Shown here: in pieces, positions 40,993-54,453 of the stretch
How the letters are laid out: every line of letters begins with the position of its first letter
How positions within the stretch are numbered: the first letter of the stretch is position 1
NCBI GenBank assembly: GCA_038496445.1
Contig: JALMLS010000123.1
Span: 21,165-85,164 of the forward strand
Source of the DNA: Trichosphaerium sp. ATCC 40318
Taxonomy: Eukaryota; Protista; Tubulinea
Direction of reading: 5' to 3'
Length of the DNA: 64,000 bases
The notes under the pieces: generated by a model
What the model was told of the DNA's origin: nothing
Database searches by the model: none
What the model saw: the letters and a program-made list of their open reading frames with translations, nothing else
Program-made: the position numbers and the translations under genes

Positions 40993-43900
40993 ATGGAGGG
41001 TGAAACGAAGGTTCTAAAGTCGGGGGACTTTGTTCTATGCTTCTCTGAGGCAGCAGAAGAGGATGGATTTTTAGCGCCTGTAGGTTCAGCAAACAATACC
41101 TGCACAGTGCGAGCGACGAAGGAGAAAGGTGTGCGGGATCGCCAAAGCTTTACGGCTGTATTTAACTAACACAAACAGATTGCGTCTTCAAGCTTGTGCC
41201 TGCTGTTCAACTGTTTCTAAACAACGGAAAAGACGCTGGTGATAAACTCAAGGCAATAAACAAGCTAATCAAAACGTGTAACGTTTTTAGGTTTTACAAA
41301 ACGCTGCGAAGAAATCGCTTGAGACGCATCTAGAGGGTAAAGATATAGTTTACGGACAAATTCTACAGGTACGCTCTGATTATCGGATACGAACGTTGCC
41401 AACAATTTGTAGTTCATCCACAAGCGTACCAATCGCGTTTTATCCATAAGTTCTACGCCTGCGGGCTTGGACGACGGTAACAACCTAGTGTCACTTCAAA
41501 AAGAAGCAAGTGTTGATGCTTCATTTAAAATAGTACCACACATGATAGACAAATGCGATGGTGACCAGGTGCGCGGTTTTTAACAACAAAAAACATAAAC
41601 AATTTGTGTAGAAAAATAGCTATTTTGTGCTTATATATGTTCTACTAGGTCGAAAACGGCGACAAAGTGCGTCTAGAGCATGTACAGAGTGGTAAATTTT
41701 TACACCAAATGTCGACCACTGATGAGGAGGGATACTATCGTATCAACTTGGAAACGGACTTTACAATATGGAGTATGTTCCATTCTGATATTGGCGAGGG
41801 TCACAGGTGTGTTACAGTGGCGTATTCTCTGGAAAAACCGGTTCACCTTTAGCAATCGCTTATAAAATATAGGGCAGCATTAGTTACAGGAAGTGTGATT
41901 CACTTGAATCACCCTGTCAGTGGATATTTGCACGGAAGTAGCGATGAGCAAACAGGTAATGTTTTTCATTGTTGTATAATAAGCAGTCTATTTTAACTAT
42001 TAATAGCCAAGTGTAAACGATATCCAATGAGAAAGGGTATAACACGCTCAACCTATAGGTATCCTACAATGTGGGTGGTAGAAAAAGCAGTAGAATTCGT
42101 AGAGGAATCTGATATAAATCAAGGTGCCATTGTTAGTATGGTTGTAAACTAATTGTGGTATTCATAGCTGAAATAACATGGAACCAGCCGATAAAATTGA
42201 GATTGTTCGGTACACATCAGTACTTGGCTCTTAAGGAGGTTGAAAAACAACCTTCACGTATTATACTAGCGGATAAATCTGACGTGACAGTTCACACAGT
42301 GTTTTCTCTTTATTCTGCAATGAAAAAGGTTCGTGTCTAAAAATGGTATCTCAATTCTTGTTTCTTATTATGGTTAATAGGAACAAGATGAAGTTTCTTT
42401 TGGTGCGAAAGTGATTGTTCAATCTACGACAACAAAGAAATGGCTACATTGTATCGATGAAAACATGAGCTACAGAGGATCTGACTTTGAAGTAAGTCTT
42501 AGTTCATAAAGTGTTTCAGTTCACTGACTTTTTTATTCATAGCTTTTCACAAATAAAAAGTTTAATCTCAAGGACGCAGCTTCTCTTATTCAAGTACCAC
42601 AAGCAGAAATTGAAGACTATGAATTTGTTCAACAACGTGTAGAAGTTCTAAGAGAATACAATAGAGTGGTAATGCAACAAGCTTACTAAACTTTATCCGT
42701 TGATTTCTTTGTTAGGCTCATAGGTCCCAAGATGAAGAAGAATTACTAGCTGTTGCTATACGAACACCTGTTCGTAAAGCTTTACAAGAGCTGATATTCT
42801 TCTGTACTGTGAGTGACGAGGATGACCCGTTCCTACGTGAGGGTACCCCGCACCACCAACACCAGAAACTGCTAGGCAGACTAGAGGTAAGGCTTAGTAA
42901 ATCTGTTATTTATCATTAAAATATAATCACTAGGTGCTTCATTGTTTAAGTGACATTGTAGCCTGCACAAAACCACAGGCTGAGGATCCTGTCGTACTAG
43001 CATATAGATTACTAAAGCTCATTGTAAAAAGTAATCCAAAGAGTGGAGTTAAAGTTGCACAATTGATTGCCTTAAGGACCATAGCCAACTGCAGCAACGA
43101 TAGGGTAGGTCACAGAACTTTGTACAACTTAAAAGATCACCCTAAATTTTTTAGTTGAAATGGTACATGAAGCTGCCAATAGCTGAAATGTTTGCTGAAG
43201 TATACGAAAACAATGAAGATCTTTTGTTTTCTATAGCGCCCGAAAGTATAAAGTCCATTGTGAGACTTGGAGCACGTACTAAACGAGCAGGGTAAGGCTT
43301 GCTAATTTATTTGGTTTCTCATTATTAACCTCATCTTAGATGGCTCATATTGCTCACTAAGCTTACTGTGTTTCATGGTGAAGTCATTCACTATAACCAA
43401 AAGCTTATTTGTCAGGCAATACAAGCCAGCAAGGATTTTCTGATTGATGTACAGGTACGCAAATATTATACGTATTTGTAGTGTATGATCTTATGATTCT
43501 TTTAGCTTAAGAATAAGGAAAATTTTATAATGATGACAAATGGAAAATGGGAAAGCCTACTCAACGTAATGCACAACGATGGCACTTCCAAAATGAAGAA
43601 ATATCTTGATTTTTTCAGGAATGAATTAGAACTCCTTGCGTTTCTATGCAAAGTACGTTAATGAGTATCCCATTTTTGACAACAACAAAGAACACCTAAT
43701 AAAACAAACAATCAATTAATGTGTTTTTTTCTAGGATAGAAATTACTTTTGCATAAAGTTTGTCTCTAAGAAAGTATCTTTTGCTTGTGCATTTGCTGGT
43801 TTAGCTAGTCAATCAATGAATCCAAACATGCGTGTTGCTTTTTGTTTAATTGTACAACATGCTTACACAGAAGTGCATCCAAACTCGCCCTCCAGGACAG

Positions 43901-46900
43901 CTATGCAACGTATATGGGTACTAAAGGATGTTTTAGATTTTTCTCTGTATATTCCTTAATACTAACGTATTGGCAATAGTATAATCCTAGATCTAAAGGC
44001 ATAGATATAGCTGATCAGGAAATAACGAGTAAATACGATTACCTTGATGAAGAAGGACCTGATACTGAACATAAGACTAAATTCGATAATCCAAGCACTC
44101 TGCAGGATTTTCTTATAAACTATGTATTCGATAGGCATCATTTTCAGTTTGATTATAGGCAACAACAATCACTACAGCCGCATCTATTACTAAGAGTTAT
44201 GATGTTGATGCGTAAATCATTTTATTATGGATTCTTGAAACGAAAGGAAAAATTATTGATAAAAAGATTAATGGTTATTTTGGCAATCAAACCGGACTTT
44301 GATGTCAATGGAAACCCAAGAATGCTTCCTCCACAAATGCTCAGACTTATTACAGTACGTAAACACTGTCACTAATTAACCAAAACTTAAGTTGTTATTA
44401 ATACTATAAACAGGAAGTAAAAATAGAAGCATTAAAGATGGTTGATAGATACTATATTCTTAAGCTCAATCAAAATGTGGCTTATTTCGTTAATACTAAG
44501 TTACACAGTACTATCTTATCTACTGGTGAGGATAAAGTAAAAGCTGCACTTATTAAACTAATACGGGACGAACTTGATACTGATAGCCTGATTATAAATG
44601 ACTCTGTGCGTTGATTAAGATTAACTTCTCTCATCAGTCTAAACTTACATTGTAATAGGATGCACCTGAGTACAATACAGAGAGGGTAATCTTATCATTG
44701 CTACGTCAAGAGGATAGTGAGTTGTCTTCTAGAGCGCTACCAGTATTATTAAAGATGTTGCGCTTCAAGAGGTTCGTCTATTACCTGTTATACACCTGCC
44801 TTGCCTTCATACTTACGAAATCATTTTCAGCAAAGCTGCTTCTGTAGTGCCGTATGTACTTGAAGAACTACAGTTTGTGACATTGAGTGATATGAAAGCA
44901 ACAGTTCAAGGTCTTGATGCGCAGCTCTCAAGTATACAACATTTATCTACAAACGTTTTGTTGCGGTCTGGTGTTGATGAACTGGTGGACATTATCAACA
45001 CTTTAACCTTGGAATGCGGTAGACGTAAAGCTAACAAGCGAATGATGAGGCTTGCAGGCGTTCATGAGCATATCTTAAAACTCATCAAAAGGTAGTATTG
45101 TTCTCTCCTCTGTTAGCTTTTTATGTTGATTATCTTTAGGCCACTTGAAGTATCTAATCCTGCGTTTATTTCAGGGATACTAAGCGAGTCATTTTTGTTT
45201 TTCAATACTTTTGTTGAAGGAGATAGACAAAATCAAGCTGCTCTTTTCATTCATTTGGACTTTATTCTATTCCAATTAGTGCGACACATTGACCTAGTAG
45301 TACGTTATATAAACGTTTTTATCATTAATACATGTATATCCTTGTGCGGTGTGTACTTATACATATGATAGAACATTTGTAAGCTCATTATTGGAGTGAT
45401 AAATGGTATATTCAAAAGAAATGAGGCTATTTGTAAGAAAGTATCAGAAAGGCAGGTCGGCGCTCTTGTCAATGTGTTGCTTTATTATCCTGCTTATCAA
45501 GAGGAAATAACGGATGTATTCCGTACTCTGACACATCCTGTTGGACGAGACTTGAAGAGATTACAGAATATGGTGTTCAAGTCATTGTTGGGTAGAAATG
45601 TTACAAAACAATTGCTGGTAGGAAACAACAAAGAGAAGGTGATTAGGATGTTGGACAACAAGGGTCGCAGCCGATTTGCGTCATCTCTTATGATGCACAA
45701 GTCTTCTTCTGCGTCCATGTCTAGCAAGCCTCGAAAGAAGAAATCAAGGTTATTATCTGATGATAAAGAACCTTTAATCGATGTTTCTGAGCAAAGTTCT
45801 TATGGAGATTATGATGACGATGATGCTCGCATAATGCAAGCCAAGCTTGGTGTTATATATGTTCTAGCTGTGACAGCAAGGTAACCTGTTTACTGTGTAC
45901 CTCGTTTTATCTTGCTAACATCTCTGTCATAGAGGGAGAAACTATACAACCGAAACGGCAGCTCAAAAGTTATTGTCAGTACAAGAATGTGTTAAAGTTT
46001 CAGCGAAAAAGTCCAACTTGTCTAACATTAAGGTTTGTTCTTTTATCGTATTATCTTAGTTAACTCATATTGGTTGTTAGTTACGTGAAACATATGCGTA
46101 TTTCTTGGATGAGGTGTATTTAAATACAGAGAGTTCTGTACAGGTTCTACCATCTGTATTGGCTCTTCAATACGATGCTACCTTTTGGCGTCTACTTAAA
46201 ACCATAACAAAAGATATAAAGGTGGTTAACAAGAAGTACAAGTACGTCTATAATATGTAAATCGTAAGTATAATTCATTGGTCACTGACAGCAATAATAA
46301 TAGCTTGCTATTGAAGTATGAGTCGTACTTGGTGACTGTACTACCTTTAATAGCCAATTTTTTTACAAAGTACTTTTCTCCAGATAGAGCCACAACGTGC
46401 GTTATTTTTCTTAGTCTAAAGCGTTTATTTTTCGTTTCCGAGAGCTAATTAAGATATAGTGATGCTCCTCAATCTGCTACAAGCTTGCTAAGCGCATTGA
46501 ATACTCTTTTAAAGCATCTAAAATCTGATTCAACTGACCATCTTGTAATTTTGAAGCATACCTACAATGCTATAAAGTCTATCCAGAGTATAGATACCAT
46601 AGTAGATATTATACGAAAACCGGTACGTGCTTTTTTGGTTTATAAACCATAACACGACAAATCACATGTGAACCACTTACACAAAGTATTTGGATTATTT
46701 TTTTAATCGACTAACAACGACTTGCTGTAGGAGATTGAAAGGGGATTAAAAGACGTTTCAGCACAATTGAAAATATCAGAAGTAGTAAAAAATAAGGCAT
46801 ACAAAGAGGTTGTCAGTACTATATTATCTCCAGACTCTCCAGCGCTTAAATCTGTTAAGTCAATGGTTAACCAAGTGTACGACTTTTTTTTTTGGATTTA

Positions 46901-49900
46901 GTACAATTCAAAATATTTTCCTGATTTTTACTTACATGAACATCAAGGAGAACACTGGTAATTAAGAATATTGTAAAATTCCTTGTAGCTGCTGAGGATG
47001 TTATTGAAGATTTTGATATACCAAAGGTTCCAACCATAGATAGTATTCTCGTTGAGCTCACCAACCAAGACCATGACACATTACGCCGTATTTGCCTTGA
47101 AATTGTTCAAGAGTATGTGGCACGTGCTGAAAGTGCTCAGGTTAAGACTGCTGTATGTTCATCAAGCCATAATATCATCCATCCTCTAACCACCATTTTA
47201 ATAGTACCAGAAGCACCTAGCGAGCAGGAATGCACCTTTTGGTGTCATGTCAGCACTTGGCAGCACTAGTCTCAAAACTGTTGGTGCTGCCTTAGAGACT
47301 ATGCTTGTACGTCGTTTTCTGGCGGAGTCAAAGAGTTCTAATATCAATTAAATAGGTTCTTATTGAAACAGGCACTACTGAGGCTAATATTGCGGGCAAC
47401 GCAAGAGTTCGTGATATGATAATCAACTTCTTAAGCACACGAGAAAACCCAGAGTTCTTTATTGACATTGTGCGTATCTTGAATACTGAAAAGCATGTTT
47501 TGCGTGAAAGATTGCGCGCAACAAATGATAGCGTACCACGAGATGACTCTCGCTTACGTGGAGAAATGAATTCACAAAGGGCAGGCGAAGATAAGGTACA
47601 TTCTGATTGTAAGCTACGCATTCTAACTTTGTATCAGACAATCGCACCAAGTATCAGCGCCAATCTGGCACAAGTAGTTACAGCACAAACTGTTGATGCA
47701 GCTGGTTCTGCAGTAGCTGGAGGTACACTATTGAGTCAAAGACCAAAGCTAAATAGTTCATATTAGGTTTGATAATTGAAAGAGAAATCGCACCTTGTGC
47801 CTATCTAGCGTTTAGATTACTCCGTGTTCTAGCTACTGATGATGATACTGATAAATCTCAGTTAACTGGTAGAACGTTTAGGGTAAAGATAAAAGTGCCA
47901 CCAATATGTTTTAACTAAGCCTCTTTATAGTCATTGCTTTTAAGACCTGGAACAAATATTCTACGAAATGTTGTTGGATTCGTGAAGCTTTACGAAGGCC
48001 TTATCACACGTGATAATGTTGTAATGGCAACTCTAATGTTCAATACACTACGCAGTTTTGTTAAACAAGCACCAGAGAACCAGATCGTAGTGGTACGCAT
48101 TGACAAAAAAGTAACTGATTTTTTCTTTGCCTAACAAAAAAATTAGACCCAACTACAAATGTTTTCTGTTGTGGATACCGTTCTTGCCCTAGTAGGAGCT
48201 GTGCATCTCAAGGTACGTATCTCAATAGTGTGAGTTTGTTTGTATCTGAATCCATTGATAGGGAGCTGTTATAGAATTTTTACTGGCTTTGATTGAAGAT
48301 GCTGACACTCAAGTCATTGAAGCTGTATTAAATAACATGGATCTTAGTGCGCTGGTACTGCAATGCTATAGATTTTATGAAAACTCAAAAGGCTTTGTTT
48401 TTAGCAAACGAATTGCTCTTTACTTGGAAAGAACAGTCAAGGAGATGTGATTACCCTGGCAGCGGCATCTTACAGGCTTGTAAAGTCATTAGCTGATCAT
48501 TCCTACACAACAGGTGTAAACACTGATTCAGCAAAGAAATTGCAGAAAATACTTGTTCGTTGCGAAGAGTACTGTGAGCATCGTATTGCTAGCATAGAAG
48601 TAATTAAGAACAAAAAAATAGAAAAGGTAATCAATTTTGTTGCATTTCTTTTTTCCTTTTGTAGAAAACACATTTCAACTGCTGCTCTGACTTTGTCATT
48701 AGATCTACTTTCCAATATCAACAAAGGTTCTTAAAGGCGGATCCAGGCTCACACGTAAGAAACATGGAAAGCGTAAAGAGCGTGACTTAGCAGCAAAACT
48801 AAGTTCTGCCATTGAGGCGTCCGGAATAGATTGGTATGAAAGTTGTACTTTCTTACAACTTGTGTTTCAACAAATTCGTCTTTTTTTCTGAGTCTTTCCA
48901 TTCCAATGTTGGTAATTTTTTTAAATTATTTTTAGGCGTAAACCAGCTGAAAAAGTAGATGCTCTTATTGATTGGAGCGAAGATGTATTGGCAGAAATGG
49001 ATGTTACTGGAAGTTTCAAGAAGGGTTACTTTTATCCAGTATTTAAATACTCTGCGATATGGTGGTGGACATCATTGATACTAGCGATAATTATAAACTT
49101 TATAACATTAACAACTCGTTCAAGAATAGTATCATCAACGTAAGTTCTCTGCTTTTTTATAATTCCCTTTATTTTTTTTTGGTGTCATCACTAATACATG
49201 TTATAGTCCTTTTGTATGGCGTCTTACAGGAACAATACTTGGTGCTTGTGAAACTGTATCAACTATGCTTATGCTGCTGACATACTTACTGAAGCATGGT
49301 GCTGTTATTGTTCGTAGAAACTGGAGAAAGAGCGTTTATTTTCCGGAAAACGCTACTTTCTTATTATCAACTTGGAAACAAATCTCTGTACGTCTATCCC
49401 ACGTGTTTACTATCCTGAGCTTATATATTACTGACCTAGGCTACTATGAGTCGCAATAAGAAATTGTCTCCACTGTCATACGTACTGAGGGGTGCTGGGT
49501 ATTTACTAGTTGATCCGTTGACTATTTTTTATTTGCTTGCTGTTGTTTTTTCTTTGCTTGGGAACTTCCTATCAACGTTCTTCTTTGCGTTTCATCTATT
49601 CTTGTTCATCGTGAGATCAAAGCAAGTAAAAACTGTTCTAAAGGCTCTGTACGTCAATTGGAAGTTACTATTTATCTTGGTACGTATTAATGATTCATTG
49701 TTTACTTGGCTTAGCTGTATGCTAATATTTTTGTTTTACTAAATAGGTTGTTGTATTGATGGATGTTTTATTGGTTTTCTCTGTTTTTTCTATACTGTTC
49801 TTCCAGAGATACTACAATACAGATTCAGGGACTTACTGTGATACATTAGTACAGTGTCTCGTAACTAATTTGTTCTTTGGGTACGTGCCTGATATTGTAG

Positions 49901-50781
49901 ATGACGATGTTCTTACTTGGTTACTTTTTTTAGTGTACCAGCCGAAGGTGGCATTTTCGAGTTTTTAGAGCCATACCAATGGTTCCGAGGTAATGTTAAT
50001 AGATGGGCATATCTTGCATGGAACATGTTGTTTCATTTCACTATTGCCATTATCGTCCTTAATGTTATTCTTGCTGTTATTGTTGATACCTTTTCACGTG
50101 CGTTTTTTTGAATAGAATTGTTCCTTGCTTTGCTGACTTGTGTAGAATTTCGAGAGTCAACGCAAGAAACGAAAGAAGAGGCATATAATAGTTGTTTTAT
50201 ATGCTCAATTGATAGAGACGTTTTTGGTACAAAAGGCCGAGGTAAACAACTAGTAAACTTTTTTTTGTTTTGTATGGCTGATTTTCTTTTCTTTTAGACT
50301 TTAATCTCCACATTGAGAAAGAGCACAATCCTCTCCATTATTTATATTACTTTATCTACCTAAAAGATCTCGTACAACGTGCAAAAACAGATGAGAGGTT
50401 ATCACTAGTAGAAAGAGACATCTACAAAAAGGTAAACACGTGCTTGACAAACTTGCTTTCCCTTAACATTGTTGGTTTAAGATACAAGATCAACAGTACG
50501 CAAAGTTCTTTCCTATAGGGAGAGCGTCTATATTAGAAGCAGAAGAAGAGGAAGAAGAGAACGTAGGAACGCAGATGCAACAAAAAGTGGATCTACTTGA
50601 TGTTAAAACTGATGAGTTGCTATTAATGCAACAAAAGATAAACGATGTATCAAATAATGCTGCTCACGACCATGCTTCTATCCTAGAAGAAGTACGTTAG
50701 GATACTACCCTTTGTCTGTATTGTACTTACTCCTTGTAGATTGCCTCACTACGAAAACGATTGAAGGTAAAACAGAAGTGA
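40993..50781 (+). CDS. ITPR: Inositol 1,4,5-trisphosphate/ryanodine receptor-like Ca2+ release channel
   Basis: MIR-type motifs (VRLEHVQSGKFLH, RLFGTHQYL), RIH HQHQKLL, QKLICQ, 6-TM region, LNVILAVIVDTFS|QFRE, CFICSIDR...HIEKEHNPLHYLYYFIYL; many short introns. Confidence 0.92.
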
Positions 50782-50892
50782 GCTCCTTTTGTAGTTGTGA
50801 ATAAAGCTTGTAAATTATGTACACTTTAAGCCACCCCAAGTCTTATGTGCCTTAAATAGATTTTGTTTTTACACACTGTACTCTCTTTTACA

Positions 50893-53800
50893 ATGTCAAG
50901 TTCCAACGCAACTCTGAACGTTGGTATAATTGGATTTGGTACATTTGGACAATTCTTGGCTAGAAGATTTTCAAAATGTAGTAATGTAACACTGTACGCT
51001 ATGTCTAGAGGCGATTATACCAAAAAGGCAGCGGTACGACGTATTCACTACATTTACACGTAATTTTAATAACCCTCGACGTTATGACGCTAACACACGA
51101 TTAGGAGTGTGGTATTAAGCGCTATTATCGCTACGATGAGGCAAACAAGTTCTTTGAAGAGGTACGCGTATGTCAAATTACGAAATGCGCTCAAAACCCT
51201 CTCCTTAGAAAATAGATTGCGTCATACTGGCTGTCAGTATTCTATCATTTAAATCGGTTCTCTTAAGGTATGGCATTTAATGATCTTTGAAGCTGTTCAC
51301 TGGAAACGCCGCTAACGACTAGTCTATAGTCTCCCTTTGGATAAATTTGCAGACCGGTTAGTGGTCGACGTACTTTCTGTAAAATGTCATCCTAAAGGCA
51401 CGTGCACTAGCTGTTGATAGCTATAAATATAGTATTCACTTACAGTTTTCTTTTTCAGAGATCCTCACAGAACATCTTCCTTCTTCTGCTGATATGTACG
51501 TCGTTAAAGCTTCCATAATACTTTAAAATATCTCACATGGTACAAAGACTTTGCACACATCCCATGTTCGGTCCTGACTCAGGGAAGAATTCTTGGTAAG
51601 AAATAACATTTTCTTGATAACTTTCTTGCTTTTATTGACACTTCTCCCCACTAGGAAGGATCTCATATGTGTATATGAGAAAGTCCGTATTACAAATGAC
51701 GCAAGATGTTCCTCTTTTTTGGATTTGTTCTCTTCAGAAGGTTGTAAGATGGAAGTATTGACTTGTGAAGAACACGACAGATTTGTATGACAAAGAACTA
51801 GCTACCAAAACCAATCTAACAACTTTCATTTGTAGGGAGCTCAGAGCCAGTTTATTACCCATACCACGGGCCGTATGTTATCTGCATTGGTAAGTTTAAC
51901 TCATTGAAGATTGAATTTTTTTGACACGTGTTGTAGAACGTTGAGAAAACGCCTATAAACACAAAAGGTTTTGACATGTTACTTGGTCTTGTTGAGAATA
52001 CAATTCATGATAGTTTCGATCTATACTTTGGTCTTTACAAGTGCGTTTATTAGTACATTCCATTCTATTGTTCCTGAGTGACATAACTAGGTACAACCCA
52101 AATGCTCACCAAGTACTTGAAAACCTTAAAAAATCAGTCGAAATTGTTCATTCACAACTCCGTGCAAAAGAACGTGAAACTACAAACGACTTGGTTCATG
52201 AGTTTAGTAATGATGTAACATCAATACAGCCTTCGGCCACAATGGCAGTAAACCAACTAAGAATCGAGCTAGAACAACAAGGCAAGTCGAAAATAACTGA
52301 CACAGAATGGTTTTCTTATTTTTTTCCGAACAGGTCAAACCATTATTAAGTTCAATGTTGGAGAACCAGATTACCCAATGCCAAAAGCAGTACAAGAAGC
52401 GGTTGTAGAGGCAGTAGGAAAGGGAAAGACTTTATACACTGAGGTAAGAATCCAACTTCAAAACTCAGTGCACTTAATATTGATTAGAGCGCTGGTACCT
52501 TGGATTTACGCAATGCAATCCAAAAACACTTGCTCGAAAGAAAAGGATTGAATTACGGAACAAATGAGATTCTTGTAACAAGTGGTGGTAAACAGGCACT
52601 ATTTGAAGCTGTTAGGGCACTTGTAGGTCCAGGAGATGAAGTAGTCATACCAAAACCATACTATGTTAGTACTTTTTTACATTTGGTTTTAAAACAATTT
52701 GCTGATTGGATTGCTAGGTTAGCTACCCTGCTATGATACATTTCTCTAGGGGTATTCCTCGTTATATTGAATCAAGTGTTGAATCAGGATACAGGCTACC
52801 AGTCAAGGGTATTGAAGAAGCACTGAACAGTCAAACAAAGCTTATAATGTTCAGCAACCCTTGCAATCCAACAGGTACATCTACGTTACTGCTAGATCTT
52901 TACTATCACTTTGTTTTTTACAAACTTATACCAATCCAATATACTCACGGTTTGTTTAGGCACTGGTAAGTGTTAAGTTTTGAAGTGAAGTTAGTGGAAT
53001 ACAAGCGTCAAACTAACTTTTTGTTATTTCAGTGTTTTCTCGCGAAGATCTTGAAGCGCTAGCTGAAGTTTTAGAGCGACCTGAGTACCGACACATATAC
53101 GTTGTCAGGTACGCATGTTCTTTTATTCTTATTAATGTAATGATAGTGACGAGATTTATGAACGCATTCTATTCGATGACACAAAGCACGTTTCATTTGC
53201 AAAACTGAAAGGTAAACAATAAAACTTGCATTGTTTTTAATAACCTCTACAGGCATGAAGGAGCGTACCATTTCAATAAATGGTTTCAGTAAAGCATATG
53301 CTATGACTGGACTAAGATTAGGGTATGAGTTGGTTTGAGCCTTCATCTTTTAAAGTAATTTTTGAAATAATGTTTACGTTAAATGTTTCTTATTAGTTAC
53401 ATGGCGGCACCAGCAAAGATTGTTAAAATGTGCCTTAAGATCCAACAATTGATTACGTCATGTGCTTCGAGTATTGCACAACATGCTGGAATTTACGCAC
53501 TAGCACTCCCATACGACGTAAGATCTATCATTTACACCCTCGTTTTGGCTTTTTTGTTTAATTATTACTCTACAGGTGATTCAAGAAAACGTTCTAGAAA
53601 TGAAAGCAAGAAAGAATCTAATGATGGGTATTTTACGAACAATACCTGGGCTAGGATTATACGAACCTCGTGGTGCCTTCTACATTTTCCCTACAATAAC
53701 AGGTACATAAAAATCGCAAAGTGCTACGTTTTTTTTCTTGTTCGGAAATGAACTTCGGGCGCACGTGATACACGTGACGATAATATTTGATACAGTGTTT

Positions 53801-54046
53801 CTAAGTGTGATTTTATTCAATCTTACTTTGTTTGTAGACCTCTTGGGAAAGTCATACAAGGGAAAGAAAATTAACTCTGATATGGATTTCTGTTCCACCT
53901 TTCTTCAAGCGTATCAAGTAGCATTAGTACCTGGTACTGGATTTGGTTGCTCTAATGCGTTTCGTATTGCATATGTAACAAACCAAGAAACATTAAAGGA
54001 AGGATTGACACGCCTGAAGGCATTTGTCAACGAACTGACGGATTGA
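50893..54046 (+). CDS. Bifunctional arogenate/prephenate dehydrogenase (TyrA) + class I-beta aspartate/prephenate aminotransferase
   Basis: GIIGFGTFGQFLA, VDVLSVK, THPMFGPDSG, EEHD..GAQSQFITH, DSFDLY; then IQPSATMAV, VGEPDY, SGGKQAL, SNPCNPTG, SDEIY, NGFSKAYAMTGLRLG. The domain junction lies inside one exon. Confidence 0.9.
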
Positions 54047-54453
54047 CCAAAACAATAAACTTAGAGTTCCACAAAGTGGGTTGCACTGAACCTATGGTTA
54101 TTTTAGAAAATCACGTGTTTTGTCCCTCCATGAACATAAAAACTATCACTTCTTGTTACGACTATTCTTAGTGATGGCAATGATAATAGTTTCCCTACCC
54201 AAACTATTTGTACCGATGCAAATAGGCTCTTGAGATTATAGTATGAACAGGGGTTTTTGTGATTGATTGTAATGTTAAAGGACTAGCTAGTATATAATAC
54301 GTTTCAATTGCAGTCAACATGGTCCATACATGCACAAACAACTACTCTAGTACAACATAAAATCAGCTGGAATTGTCTAACGAGACGAGTAAACTTGTTG
54401 TGACTTTTTTTTTTTGTAAAGTGTTTGTACATCGCTTTGCTAATAACATTTCT

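Noticed and set aside
45336-45344. ATATCCTT resembling a U12 (AT-AC) donor
   Set aside because: It lies inside an ordinary GT-AG intron that already restores the IP3R frame.
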